Assembly (NCBI GenBank): GCA_017525225.1
Contig: JAFXTB010000171.1
Coordinates: forward strand, 19,205-83,204
Source of the DNA: Kiritimatiellia bacterium
GTDB lineage: Bacteria > Verrucomicrobiota > Kiritimatiellia > RFP12 > UBA1067
Length of the DNA stretch: 64,000 bases
Reading direction: 5' to 3'
The translations under genes were made by a program, and so were the position numbers. Positions 37,044 to 45,295 of this stretch are shown here, one piece after another. How positions within the stretch are numbered: position 1 is the stretch's first letter; each line of letters starts with the position of its first letter. A model generated the notes under the pieces. It was given only the letters and a program-made list of their open reading frames with translations. It searched no databases and had not been told where the DNA came from.

Positions 37044-38975
37044 CTACCGTGCGGCTGGGGCGAGCCGCAAGAAGGATACACCTATTGGATCCAAGTAGAG
37101 TCTGATTTTCGACAGACCATCCATTGTGGCTGGGCTACCGACTTCTGGGCCGACCATGCGCCACTCGCCGCCGGAAAGGTCTATCGCCGCATAGAGGGGC
37201 TTGTCGTCAATGTTACACGCGAGCACGTACAGGTCACCGTCCTTGATCCATGTTCGGCATACGAGCGAGTCCGAATCCGGCTTTGCGCTGGGGGCGCGAT
37301 CAATGGAGAGCAACACTGGAATCATACGCGCAACCTCACGATAGGATTCCACGGTAACCGCCCAGAGTGGACGCCAGTCTTGACGGTTCAGGGGGTAGAA
37401 GAAACAATGGTAGGCGAATGGCATCAGACCATTTGCGCCAAGCGCGATATGTTGCCAGTTGATGGAACGCAACTCCGCGAGGGTCGGAAATCGGCCATTA
37501 ACCTGAGTAAGATCAGCATTATACCACAACCAGGCGAACGACTGAGGTACACTCCAATGTGGGAGTGTGTCAAACACTGCCTTGCGCCCATCACGCATGA
37601 ATTCCGTAATCCGCCTCACCGGAAGTTTTGGTACCGGATACGGGTCAAGACCGATGACATCTGCCGCAACGGCGAAGGCATCCAGATCATATACGCGATC
37701 CTGTACAAGATACGTGGGATGGTCGGGATCACGTTCGGCGATGAATCTGTTGAGCGCGGTCACGTTCTTGGCCTTGCGTACATCATATTCGTCACCAAGG
37801 TACCAGCCAAGGAGGGCAGGATGCCCTTTGATGGCGGCGATGGCGGTTTCGAGTTTGGCCTTTGCGACATTGGCTTCTGGCATCTGTGCCGTAGCGGCCA
37901 CGTTCCACAGTTTGTGGTCGATGGCGGAGAATGACATCAACCCAGCCTTTTGGCAGAAGTCCAGCCGATTCGAGGTCATCATCTCGTAGTGGATCACACA
38001 ATTGAACGGACCGTTCGTGTAGGCCGCCATCTGCTTCTCGTTCGGATTCCAGTACATGCCGAGCGGGAAGAATGGTTTGCCGTCCACGATGCAGCGCCGG
38101 TAGCTGTCGATCCAGACGCGCCTCCTGGGAAGCGCCGCCACGCGCGTGAAGTCGATCGAGGCGGCCCCCAGCGCCTTGCCGTCCGCAAGGAGTTCGAAGA
38201 CGATCGTCTGCCGCCCCATCGTGAAGCGCGAGACGTCCAGATCGACTGCGGCCTCACGGTCGGTGAGCCGCGTGGCCGGCGTGCGCACCTTCCGTCCGTC
38301 GGCATCCGTCCAGATGAACGCGGCGGAGATCGCCTTGCCCTTCGCATCGTTCGGCATGTGGATGCTGGCGTGGAAATCAGCCATGCCCTCGGCGGCGGTG
38401 TTGCGATAGACCGAGGTACAGACGAAGGCGACGGGATCACCACGCTTGAACTTCCGCACCACGATGTTGTCCCAGCTCACCTTGCCATCGCTGTCGCCCG
38501 AGACGTAGATTACCACAACGGGATTCTTGGTCCCTTCTGGGACTTGGCCCGACGACTCGATGAGCGTCCATTCGCCGTCTGGCTGGGTCTTCTTCATCGT
38601 CGCATAGAGCGCGAGGATCCACTTGTTCGTCTCGTCGCGCATCTCGATGCTGAACACCGATCCCTGGTTCGCGGCCGTCTTGAACCCATCCTTCTTCACG
38701 AGCGCCTGATACTCCAGGATGTCGCCCGGATTCACGCCCTCGAGCCGTTGCCTCGCCACATGGAGCTTTCCGCAGGGTTTATCCGACTCCCACACAAGCC
38801 CGTCCGAACCGTTATGCCCTGCGCCCTTGGCGATGCGGAAGTTTCCGGACACGATCCAGCCGACCGGCTTCCCCTTCTCGTCGAACTCATCGAACGACGT
38901 GTTCTGAAGCAGCGTCTCCTCGGCCATGGCGGACATGGCGGTGACGACGGCGAAAGCGAACGCGATCTTTTGCAT
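37044..38975 (-). CDS. Exported protein with N-terminal carbohydrate-binding-like domain and GH-A-like catalytic domain
   Basis: Start reassigned to MQKIAFAFAVV; LLQNTSFD...WDNIVV (CBM4-like); VDGKPFFPLGMY, HPALLGWYLGDE, IGLDPYP. Confidence 0.65.
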   Translation of the reverse strand: MQKIAFAFAVVTAMSAMAEETLLQNTSFDEFDEKGKPVGWIVSGNFRIAKGAGHNGSDGLVWESDKPCGKLHVARQRLEGVNPGDILEYQALVKKDGFKTAANQGSVFSIEMRDETNKWILALYATMKKTQPDGEWTLIESSGQVPEGTKNPVVVIYVSGDSDGKVSWDNIVVRKFKRGDPVAFVCTSVYRNTAAEGMADFHASIHMPNDAKGKAISAAFIWTDADGRKVRTPATRLTDREAAVDLDVSRFTMGRQTIVFELLADGKALGAASIDFTRVAALPRRRVWIDSYRRCIVDGKPFFPLGMYWNPNEKQMAAYTNGPFNCVIHYEMMTSNRLDFCQKAGLMSFSAIDHKLWNVAATAQMPEANVAKAKLETAIAAIKGHPALLGWYLGDEYDVRKAKNVTALNRFIAERDPDHPTYLVQDRVYDLDAFAVAADVIGLDPYPVPKLPVRRITEFMRDGRKAVFDTLPHWSVPQSFAWLWYNADLTQVNGRFPTLAELRSINWQHIALGANGLMPFAYHCFFYPLNRQDWRPLWAVTVESYREVARMIPVLLSIDRAPSAKPDSDSLVCRTWIKDGDLYVLACNIDDKPLYAAIDLSGGEWRMVGPEVGSPATMDGLSKIRLYLDPIGVSFLRLAPAAR

Positions 38976-38986
38976 GGTCCCTCCCA

Positions 38987-41900
38987 TCAACGGAAATTCA
39001 CGGTGAACCCCGCCGGCACAAACGAGATTCTGTCCGTCTCCACCTCCACATACTTGCGCGTCGAGCCGCCGCCGCGCAGCCACATGGTGCCGGTCGTCTG
39101 CACGCCGCCTCCCGCCGTGAGAACCGTGACCGGCGCGCCGGTCACGGGACCGATCCCTGACGGCGCGAAGTAATGCATCACCGAAGCCAGCGTGGCCACG
39201 CCGCTCACCGGCAACAGCGTCGCGCCCGAGGTGGCCAGCGTGGCGCCCTCGGCGAACGTAATCGCGCCCACGGTCGTGTTGGCCGCGTCGAACGGCGCGG
39301 AATCGTAGGTGCCGTCCGCACGCACGCTGATCGCGTTGATGGTGAGCGCCTTGGGCGCGCCCACCGCGTCGGTCGCCCGGAACCCGCCGCCCGGTGCGCC
39401 CAGCGTGAGCGTCGCGAGCGTCGCACCAGTCGCGTTGGTGTTCACCACCACGCCCACGATGCCGTCCGCGACGACCTCCGTGAGCTGGCCGTTCGTGAAC
39501 GCGTTCATCACGAACGACTGCGCCCCATTGCCCTTGATCGTGAGCGGCCCGTTAAGCTCCCAGCGCGGTCCGCGGCTCGGCACCGTATCGCCAGAGAATC
39601 CGGCGGGGTAGGTTGTCAGACTCGCCGGGTAGAGCGAATCGGCGACCATGTTCGAGTACACGGAGCAGACCGTCTTCGCCTCCGAGAAGTCGAACGTACC
39701 GCCGTTCGGGCCGATCGTCACCTTCAGGTCAACCGTGTAGCCGCCGTCGAACGTATCGGTCCGGCTCACGTTGGTCGCCCTGCGCCCCACGAAGAGGCGA
39801 TTGCCGGTCGAGCCGCTATGCGCATAGTCGGGATCGTATCCAAACCCGCTGCCCAGCTTGTAGGTACCGCCGTCAAGCGTGACGAACGTCCCGGATTCGT
39901 ACGGCACACCATAGTGAGCGGAGGAATCTAATGTGTGCGTAACGGGTGCCATCACATATGCGCGATCCGTCTCTAGCACGCCGCCGTTCACGACCTTGAT
40001 GTCAACCATCGGGCAACGGTCTGCCGCATCGTTCTTGAGCTGGTTGGCCGGCCATGTGCTGAAGATGAACCGCCCGTCGGGTTCCTTCAGCGTCACCGTG
40101 CCGCCGTTCACGAGAAGCGTGGAATGGCTGCGCCAGTAACCACCACCGATCGAGAACGCACGGTAGCGTTCAAGTGTGAGACTTGCGCCGGACGCCACCT
40201 CTAGCGTGCTGGGATCGGTGCCTCGCGTGGCCACCGAGACGCCTGTGCCGTCTGTCCCAGAGGAGAAAAGCACCTCTACGCCATCCGTGAGCAGCGCATG
40301 ACGAGCTCGTTCGATGATGGTCATCGTGGCGTTGCCCTCGAACTTCCACTTTTTGCCCGCGCCGGAAAGCACAAGATTGCCGAAGTGCAGGTACAGATCC
40401 CCAACATCCTCCTGTACGTCCGCCGCCTTCACAGTACCGCCGCCCGTGAACTTCACGCAGCCGGACGGCCACACGTCTTTACCATCGACCAGCACGGCGT
40501 CCGTGACTTCGTTCGTCACTGACAGTCTTCTCTTCAGCAGAACCGCGCCGGCGACCTCGCCGGTGACGTTCAGCGCCGAACCGATCCGCGAACTAGAATC
40601 GACCGTCAGGGAAGACGAGATCGTGCACGGACGGGCAAAGTAGATCATGCCACCGTCGAGAACGAGATCCGTTGCGGCAGTGAAGCCGTCACCGCCAACG
40701 ACAAGCGTCTCGCCGACGCCCACGGTGATCGTCCCGGCAGGCTCCGTGACGAGGCCGCGAACACTCGCCCGGTAGTTGCCCGTGCCGAGGATGCGCGACG
40801 CGTCAACGACCGAGCCGCTCGGCAGATAGAGGATCGCGCCGTCCGTCGTGGTGACGGTCATGTTCGCGTTCCAAGTGTTCATCGCCGGCAGAAACAGCGT
40901 ACCATTCCCGGATACCGTGATGTTCCCCGTATATCCGGAAAGGTCGTCGATCTTGATCCGCCTCCCGGAGAACACCACCGCGCCAGTGATGCCGGCCGGC
41001 ATGGCGGAGAGGTGCTTGTCGTCGCCCGTCACCTTCACCGTACCGGAGAAGCCGTTGAAATTGATCTCTTGCGGGGAACCTTCCGCGATCTCCACCGTTC
41101 CCGCGCCAGACACGGAAAACCGCCCAGAGGCAGGCAGGCTTGCCAACCTCACCGTCGCGCCGCTCTTGACTTCAAGCGGCTGCGTACCGCCGTTGGCGAC
41201 GTAGTAGGCCTCGCAGTCGCCGATCGTGCTCGTCGTGCCGTTGCCAGTGACGGTGATGGAACCGAGATCGAGCGTCACACCCTCGAACGTCTGGGAGGCC
41301 TTGAGCGAGGCGCCATTGGCAAGGATGAGGTGATCCGTGTAGTCCGCGCCCAACGTAAGCGCATGCGTCGCCGAATCGAAGATGATGTACGTTTTCGCGT
41401 CGGCCAGGGTGATGGACTTCGCCTTCACCGAGGCAACGGATGCCGAGAGCTGAAGCTTCGCGCCATTGGTGAACACCATGTCGCAACCAGAAAGGTCGTT
41501 CGCTTTCGAGAATCTGTATTGCCCGAGCGCGGCGGTGGCGTCATACTTGAACGTCCACGTCACATCGTCCTCGGTCGTCACGGGAAGATTGAAATTGACG
41601 CCCGTGTTGGAATCCCACATCTGCGACGCGGTGATATGCAACCCGCCGGAGAAGAACATGGACATCACCGCGTCCCACGCTCGGGGCGCGGTGAACCCTC
41701 CCGCGCCAACCTCCATGCGCCCATTGCCGGTCCAGTTGCGTGCGCCTGAGGCATACTTGATGCCATAGGGTTTTATCGTGATATCAGCATTGAGCGTACC
41801 AGGATCCATCCCCGTCACGGCCGGCGTGAGCCAATCAGGAGTGTAGGCAGTATAGACGCAGAACCAGTTGCCGTCCACCCAATCCACGCCCGTGCTGCCG

Positions 41901-42046
41901 TCTGTCGCAAGACGATACGCACCAGATGCGGAGATCGCGTTGTTCCTCGCCCCGTTCACATTCGCCGTGAACCAATAGTCAATCGGATCGGCGCGAAGAC
42001 CGACCGTGGACAACAGTACCAGCGCAAACAGTCCCATCTTTTTCAT
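38987..42046 (-). CDS. Large secreted beta-helix/passenger-like protein, no beta-barrel
   Basis: Start reassigned to MKKMGLFALVLL; Gly/Thr/Val-rich beta-strand repeats (SGAGTVEI, LVLDGG, VNGGTVTL, GPNGGTFDF); ends ...SFVPAGFTVNFR. Confidence 0.75.
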   Translation of the reverse strand: MKKMGLFALVLLSTVGLRADPIDYWFTANVNGARNNAISASGAYRLATDGSTGVDWVDGNWFCVYTAYTPDWLTPAVTGMDPGTLNADITIKPYGIKYASGARNWTGNGRMEVGAGGFTAPRAWDAVMSMFFSGGLHITASQMWDSNTGVNFNLPVTTEDDVTWTFKYDATAALGQYRFSKANDLSGCDMVFTNGAKLQLSASVASVKAKSITLADAKTYIIFDSATHALTLGADYTDHLILANGASLKASQTFEGVTLDLGSITVTGNGTTSTIGDCEAYYVANGGTQPLEVKSGATVRLASLPASGRFSVSGAGTVEIAEGSPQEINFNGFSGTVKVTGDDKHLSAMPAGITGAVVFSGRRIKIDDLSGYTGNITVSGNGTLFLPAMNTWNANMTVTTTDGAILYLPSGSVVDASRILGTGNYRASVRGLVTEPAGTITVGVGETLVVGGDGFTAATDLVLDGGMIYFARPCTISSSLTVDSSSRIGSALNVTGEVAGAVLLKRRLSVTNEVTDAVLVDGKDVWPSGCVKFTGGGTVKAADVQEDVGDLYLHFGNLVLSGAGKKWKFEGNATMTIIERARHALLTDGVEVLFSSGTDGTGVSVATRGTDPSTLEVASGASLTLERYRAFSIGGGYWRSHSTLLVNGGTVTLKEPDGRFIFSTWPANQLKNDAADRCPMVDIKVVNGGVLETDRAYVMAPVTHTLDSSAHYGVPYESGTFVTLDGGTYKLGSGFGYDPDYAHSGSTGNRLFVGRRATNVSRTDTFDGGYTVDLKVTIGPNGGTFDFSEAKTVCSVYSNMVADSLYPASLTTYPAGFSGDTVPSRGPRWELNGPLTIKGNGAQSFVMNAFTNGQLTEVVADGIVGVVVNTNATGATLATLTLGAPGGGFRATDAVGAPKALTINAISVRADGTYDSAPFDAANTTVGAITFAEGATLATSGATLLPVSGVATLASVMHYFAPSGIGPVTGAPVTVLTAGGGVQTTGTMWLRGGGSTRKYVEVETDRISFVPAGFTVNFR

Positions 42047-42324
42047 GTCATGGCAGATTCGAGCCAAGACAGGCAACGAACATCTTGCGACATCAAGGAT
42101 AGATGCCACCATGTGCATTGCGTTCCTGAATAGGCAAGAATGCGAAGTTTGCGCGTCGTGGGATAGAGTCCAGCGACTCGGTGCTGTTGATGCAACTTTT
42201 CCCTCATCAAACCGACCTGTGTCATCGTAGCATCGCGGAAACGCAACGTACGGATTTCCCGCATGCGGCGTCACGTGATGGACGGTTTGGGCGTTGTGCG
42301 AAAGGCTATTCATACGTGGCCTCA

Positions 42325-42401
42325 ATTATACACCACGTTTGGTGAGCGGGCAATATACCCAAATGGCACCATTGCCGCAGGCCGGCGTATTATGATAAAA
42401 T
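42325..42401. promoter_or_regulatory. Back-to-back promoters sharing the 26-bp box (copy 2)
   Basis: Minus: TATAAT 42325-42330 and TTGCCC 42348-42353 (17-bp spacing). Plus: TTGCCG 42372-42377 and TGATAAAAT 42393-42401. Box at 42350-42375. Confidence 0.7.
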
Positions 42402-42408
42402 ACAGGCT

Positions 42409-44472
42409 ATGCTTGCTGGATGCCTCGCTTCCATAGCCATCCTGACGAATCTTCTGGACGTCATCTCCGCCGTTTCCGCCGGCGATACGAATGTGCATTT
42501 TGACGTCACCGGCGCGATAACTGCGGTCAATCGCTCCCAAAGCGCCCTCTTCAATCTGAAAACGGATACCGGCTTCATGGTTTTCAGGGACGCTACGGAA
42601 AATCGCCGGAGTCTCTTGTTCAAGCCAGGGAACATTGTCCGGGCAAAAGGGCGTGTATTCCTCAACGAATACGACTACCCCGCCGCCAATTGCCAAGAGC
42701 TGTCGTTCCTCGGCGAAGGCCGTTCGCCACGAATAACCGATGTGTCCGCAGACGACCTCTCGAAAAATGCAAGGGAATTGAACGGCGAGCTTATACGTGT
42801 AAAAGGCATCGTCAGGGAGGTGTTTCGCGACGAAATCGACCCGAAGTACGTCTATCTGACGCTTGTCAACAACGGCTTCTTATTTACCGTGTCAATCTGC
42901 GACGACATGGAGAACGAGACATTCCTGAATTCGCTGATCGACGCCGAAATATCCGTCGTCGGACACTATACGTCCGACAGAATCGGGCTGCGCAGGATGC
43001 TGCGCTGGACACTGGCAACCTACACGACGGACAACATCACCGTCCTGAAGCCCGCCCCGGCAGATCCATTTGACGCACCCTTGCTTTCCGGACGGGAACC
43101 GGCGTCCCCGCCCGAGCTCGCAACGCTGGGGAAGAGAAGGATCTCCGGCAGAGTGATCGCCACGCGAAACGCCAAGGATTTTCTCGTCGTCGATTCCCAG
43201 GGTTCAATTAGGCGCATAAGACCAAGAACGCCAGAGTATCCGCGCTACGGCGACATCGTCGAAGCCGTCGGCTATCCAGAGACGGATCTCTACCGGCTCA
43301 ACCTGGGCGACGCAATCTGGCGAAAGACCGGGGTGGCGACAAATGGACTGGATGCGCCCGTCGCCACGGACATCCGGCGCATCCTGACGGACGGCAAGGG
43401 GAACCGCAAGATCAACCCGCTGTTCCACGGCAAGGCGATCCGCGTTGCCGGAATCGCCATAGACGCTAGCGGCACCGGACAAATGGAAACCATCACTCTC
43501 AAATGCGGCGACCTCTCGATTCCGGTGGACATCAGCTCCCATCCCGACCTCGCCGCCGCCATGGCCATCGAGAGCCGTCTGTCCGTCGCCGGAACCTGCA
43601 TCGTCGAGACGGAAGACTGGCGGCCCTGCTCGGCTTTTCCCCACGCCACCGGCATCACGCTTGCGGTGCGCGTGCCAGAAGATGTGACGGTCGTATCGCG
43701 TCCGCCTTGGTGGACGCCGGCCAAACTGCTCTTCGTTGTCATGTCCCTCCTGTCGGCCTTGATCGCATTCTTCGTCTGGAACAGGATGCTGAACAGGCTT
43801 GTCGCCAAGAAAAGCCGTGCGCTGGTCAAAGAGCAGCTTGCGCTTGCGGAAGCGGAACTGAAGATCGGCGAACGGACGCGGCTGGCCATCGAACTGCACG
43901 ATTCGCTTTCGCAGAATCTTGCCGCCGTCGCGTTCCAGATCGTCGCCGCAAAGAACGCCGCCGCCGTCAGCCCCGGCGAGACGGCCGACAACCTGAACAC
44001 CGCGGAACGCATGCTGCTTTCCTGCCGAACGGAACTCAAGCGCTGCCTCTGGGATCTGCGGAGCGACGCGCTGGACATCAAAAACATGTCCGACGTGATC
44101 CGCCGAGTGCTGGCGCCGGTAAAAGGGAACGCCGATCTGAGCGTGCGCTTCAACATCGCGCGGTCGCACTTTGACGATTCGACGCTGCATGCCACCATCT
44201 GCATCATCCGCGAACTCGTATCCAACGCCATCCAGCACGGCCACGCCACGCATGTCGGCATCGTTGGCGCGCTGAAGAACGACGTACTCTCCTTTTCCGT
44301 AAAGGACGACGGGACCGGTTTCGACATCGAGTCCGCGCCAGGCCCGGCAGACGGCCACTTCGGCCTTGCGGGCATCTCCGAACGCGCAAAGAGACACGGA
44401 GGAAAAATGGCAATCGAATCTTCACCAGACCAAGGAACGCGCGTATCCGTAAACCTAAAAATCAAACATTAA
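42409..44472 (+). CDS. Sensor histidine kinase (HisKA_3/NarX-like) with repeated OB-fold-like extracytoplasmic domains
   Basis: PPWWTPAKLL plus TM helix; ERTRLAIELHDSLSQ; ELVSNAIQHG; VKDDGTGF; GHFGLAGI. Confidence 0.93.
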   Translation: MLAGCLASIAILTNLLDVISAVSAGDTNVHFDVTGAITAVNRSQSALFNLKTDTGFMVFRDATENRRSLLFKPGNIVRAKGRVFLNEYDYPAANCQELSFLGEGRSPRITDVSADDLSKNARELNGELIRVKGIVREVFRDEIDPKYVYLTLVNNGFLFTVSICDDMENETFLNSLIDAEISVVGHYTSDRIGLRRMLRWTLATYTTDNITVLKPAPADPFDAPLLSGREPASPPELATLGKRRISGRVIATRNAKDFLVVDSQGSIRRIRPRTPEYPRYGDIVEAVGYPETDLYRLNLGDAIWRKTGVATNGLDAPVATDIRRILTDGKGNRKINPLFHGKAIRVAGIAIDASGTGQMETITLKCGDLSIPVDISSHPDLAAAMAIESRLSVAGTCIVETEDWRPCSAFPHATGITLAVRVPEDVTVVSRPPWWTPAKLLFVVMSLLSALIAFFVWNRMLNRLVAKKSRALVKEQLALAEAELKIGERTRLAIELHDSLSQNLAAVAFQIVAAKNAAAVSPGETADNLNTAERMLLSCRTELKRCLWDLRSDALDIKNMSDVIRRVLAPVKGNADLSVRFNIARSHFDDSTLHATICIIRELVSNAIQHGHATHVGIVGALKNDVLSFSVKDDGTGFDIESAPGPADGHFGLAGISERAKRHGGKMAIESSPDQGTRVSVNLKIKH

Positions 44473-44480
44473 CCTTCACC

Positions 44481-44550
44481 CCCTTCCCACCCTTCCCACC
44501 CTTCTCACCACTCCCCTTCATTCTACATTCTACATTCTACATTTTACACT
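44481..44550 (+). repeat. Short tandem repeats between kinase and regulator genes
   Basis: About three CCCTTCCCA units, then CATTCTA x3 and CATTTTA, ending just before the regulator ATG. Confidence 0.75.
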
Positions 44551-44551
44551 C

Positions 44552-45172
44552 ATGAAAAAGACCCGCATCCTCATCGCCGACGACCACACACTCGTGCGTG
44601 TCGGACTCAAAGCCATGCTCCACTACCAGCCGACCATGACCGTTGTAGGAGAGGCGACAAACGGAGAAGAAGCCGTAGCGCTTGCCGGCAAGCTCAAACC
44701 TGATGTCATCATCATGGATCTGATGATGCCTGTCCTCGGCGGCGCAGAGGCGACAAGACGCATTCTTGAATCCGATTCGGCAACAAGGATCATCATCCTT
44801 ACTTCATTCGGAGCGGCGGCGGACATGGCACGTGCCCTGAAATACGGCGCACGCGGCGCACAGTTGAAGGAAGCTCCGGCCGAGACGCTCATCACCGCCA
44901 TCCATACCGTGATGTCAGGCGGGACAGCCATCTCGCCGGAAATCCAGCAGACAATTGACCAAGATTCCGATATCCCCGTTCTGACAGAGCGCCAGCAAGG
45001 AATTCTCGATTCAACCGTCCGCGGCCTTACGAACAAAGAAATCGGCGTTCAGTTCGGACTCTCGCCACTCAGCGTCAAGAAGTACCTCTCGATCATATTC
45101 GCCAAGCTCGGCGCCGCCAACCGCGCCGAAGCCGTGGCCATCGCCCTCCGCAAGCACTTGCTGAAAATGTAA
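44552..45172 (+). CDS. NarL/LuxR family response regulator
   Basis: ILIADDH, PDVIIMDLMMP, LTSF; HTH LTERQ...GLTNKEIG...KLGAANRAEAV. Confidence 0.95.
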   Translation: MKKTRILIADDHTLVRVGLKAMLHYQPTMTVVGEATNGEEAVALAGKLKPDVIIMDLMMPVLGGAEATRRILESDSATRIIILTSFGAAADMARALKYGARGAQLKEAPAETLITAIHTVMSGGTAISPEIQQTIDQDSDIPVLTERQQGILDSTVRGLTNKEIGVQFGLSPLSVKKYLSIIFAKLGAANRAEAVAIALRKHLLKM

Positions 45173-45176
45173 AACG

Positions 45177-45203
45177 GTCGGCCAGACGATGAAAGTGGCC
45201 GAC
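45177..45203. terminator. Hairpin between convergent genes
   Basis: GTCGGCCA-N11-TGGCCGAC, 5 nt after the regulator stop; AAAA on the left gives a short U-tract on the minus strand. Confidence 0.35.
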
Positions 45204-45214
45204 ATCGGCACCGA

Positions 45215-45272
45215 CGGCCGCGATGGGGCGCGACCCTCCCGGACGGCGGTCGCGACGGGGCGCTACCCTCCC
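45215..45272. repeat. Two tandem REP-like palindromes
   Basis: CGGCCGCGATGGGGCGCGACCCTCCC (45215-45240) and CGGTCGCGACGGGGCGCTACCCTCCC (45247-45272); on minus they read GGAG + GC hairpin; same family as 60105-60163. Confidence 0.8.
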
Positions 45273-45295
45273 ATGCGGTCACGCGGGACGGGAGA

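Noticed and set aside
42047-42320. Long 5' leader as a riboswitch or small ORF
   Set aside because: No recognisable riboswitch consensus or convincing terminator by eye; an Rfam scan would be needed.
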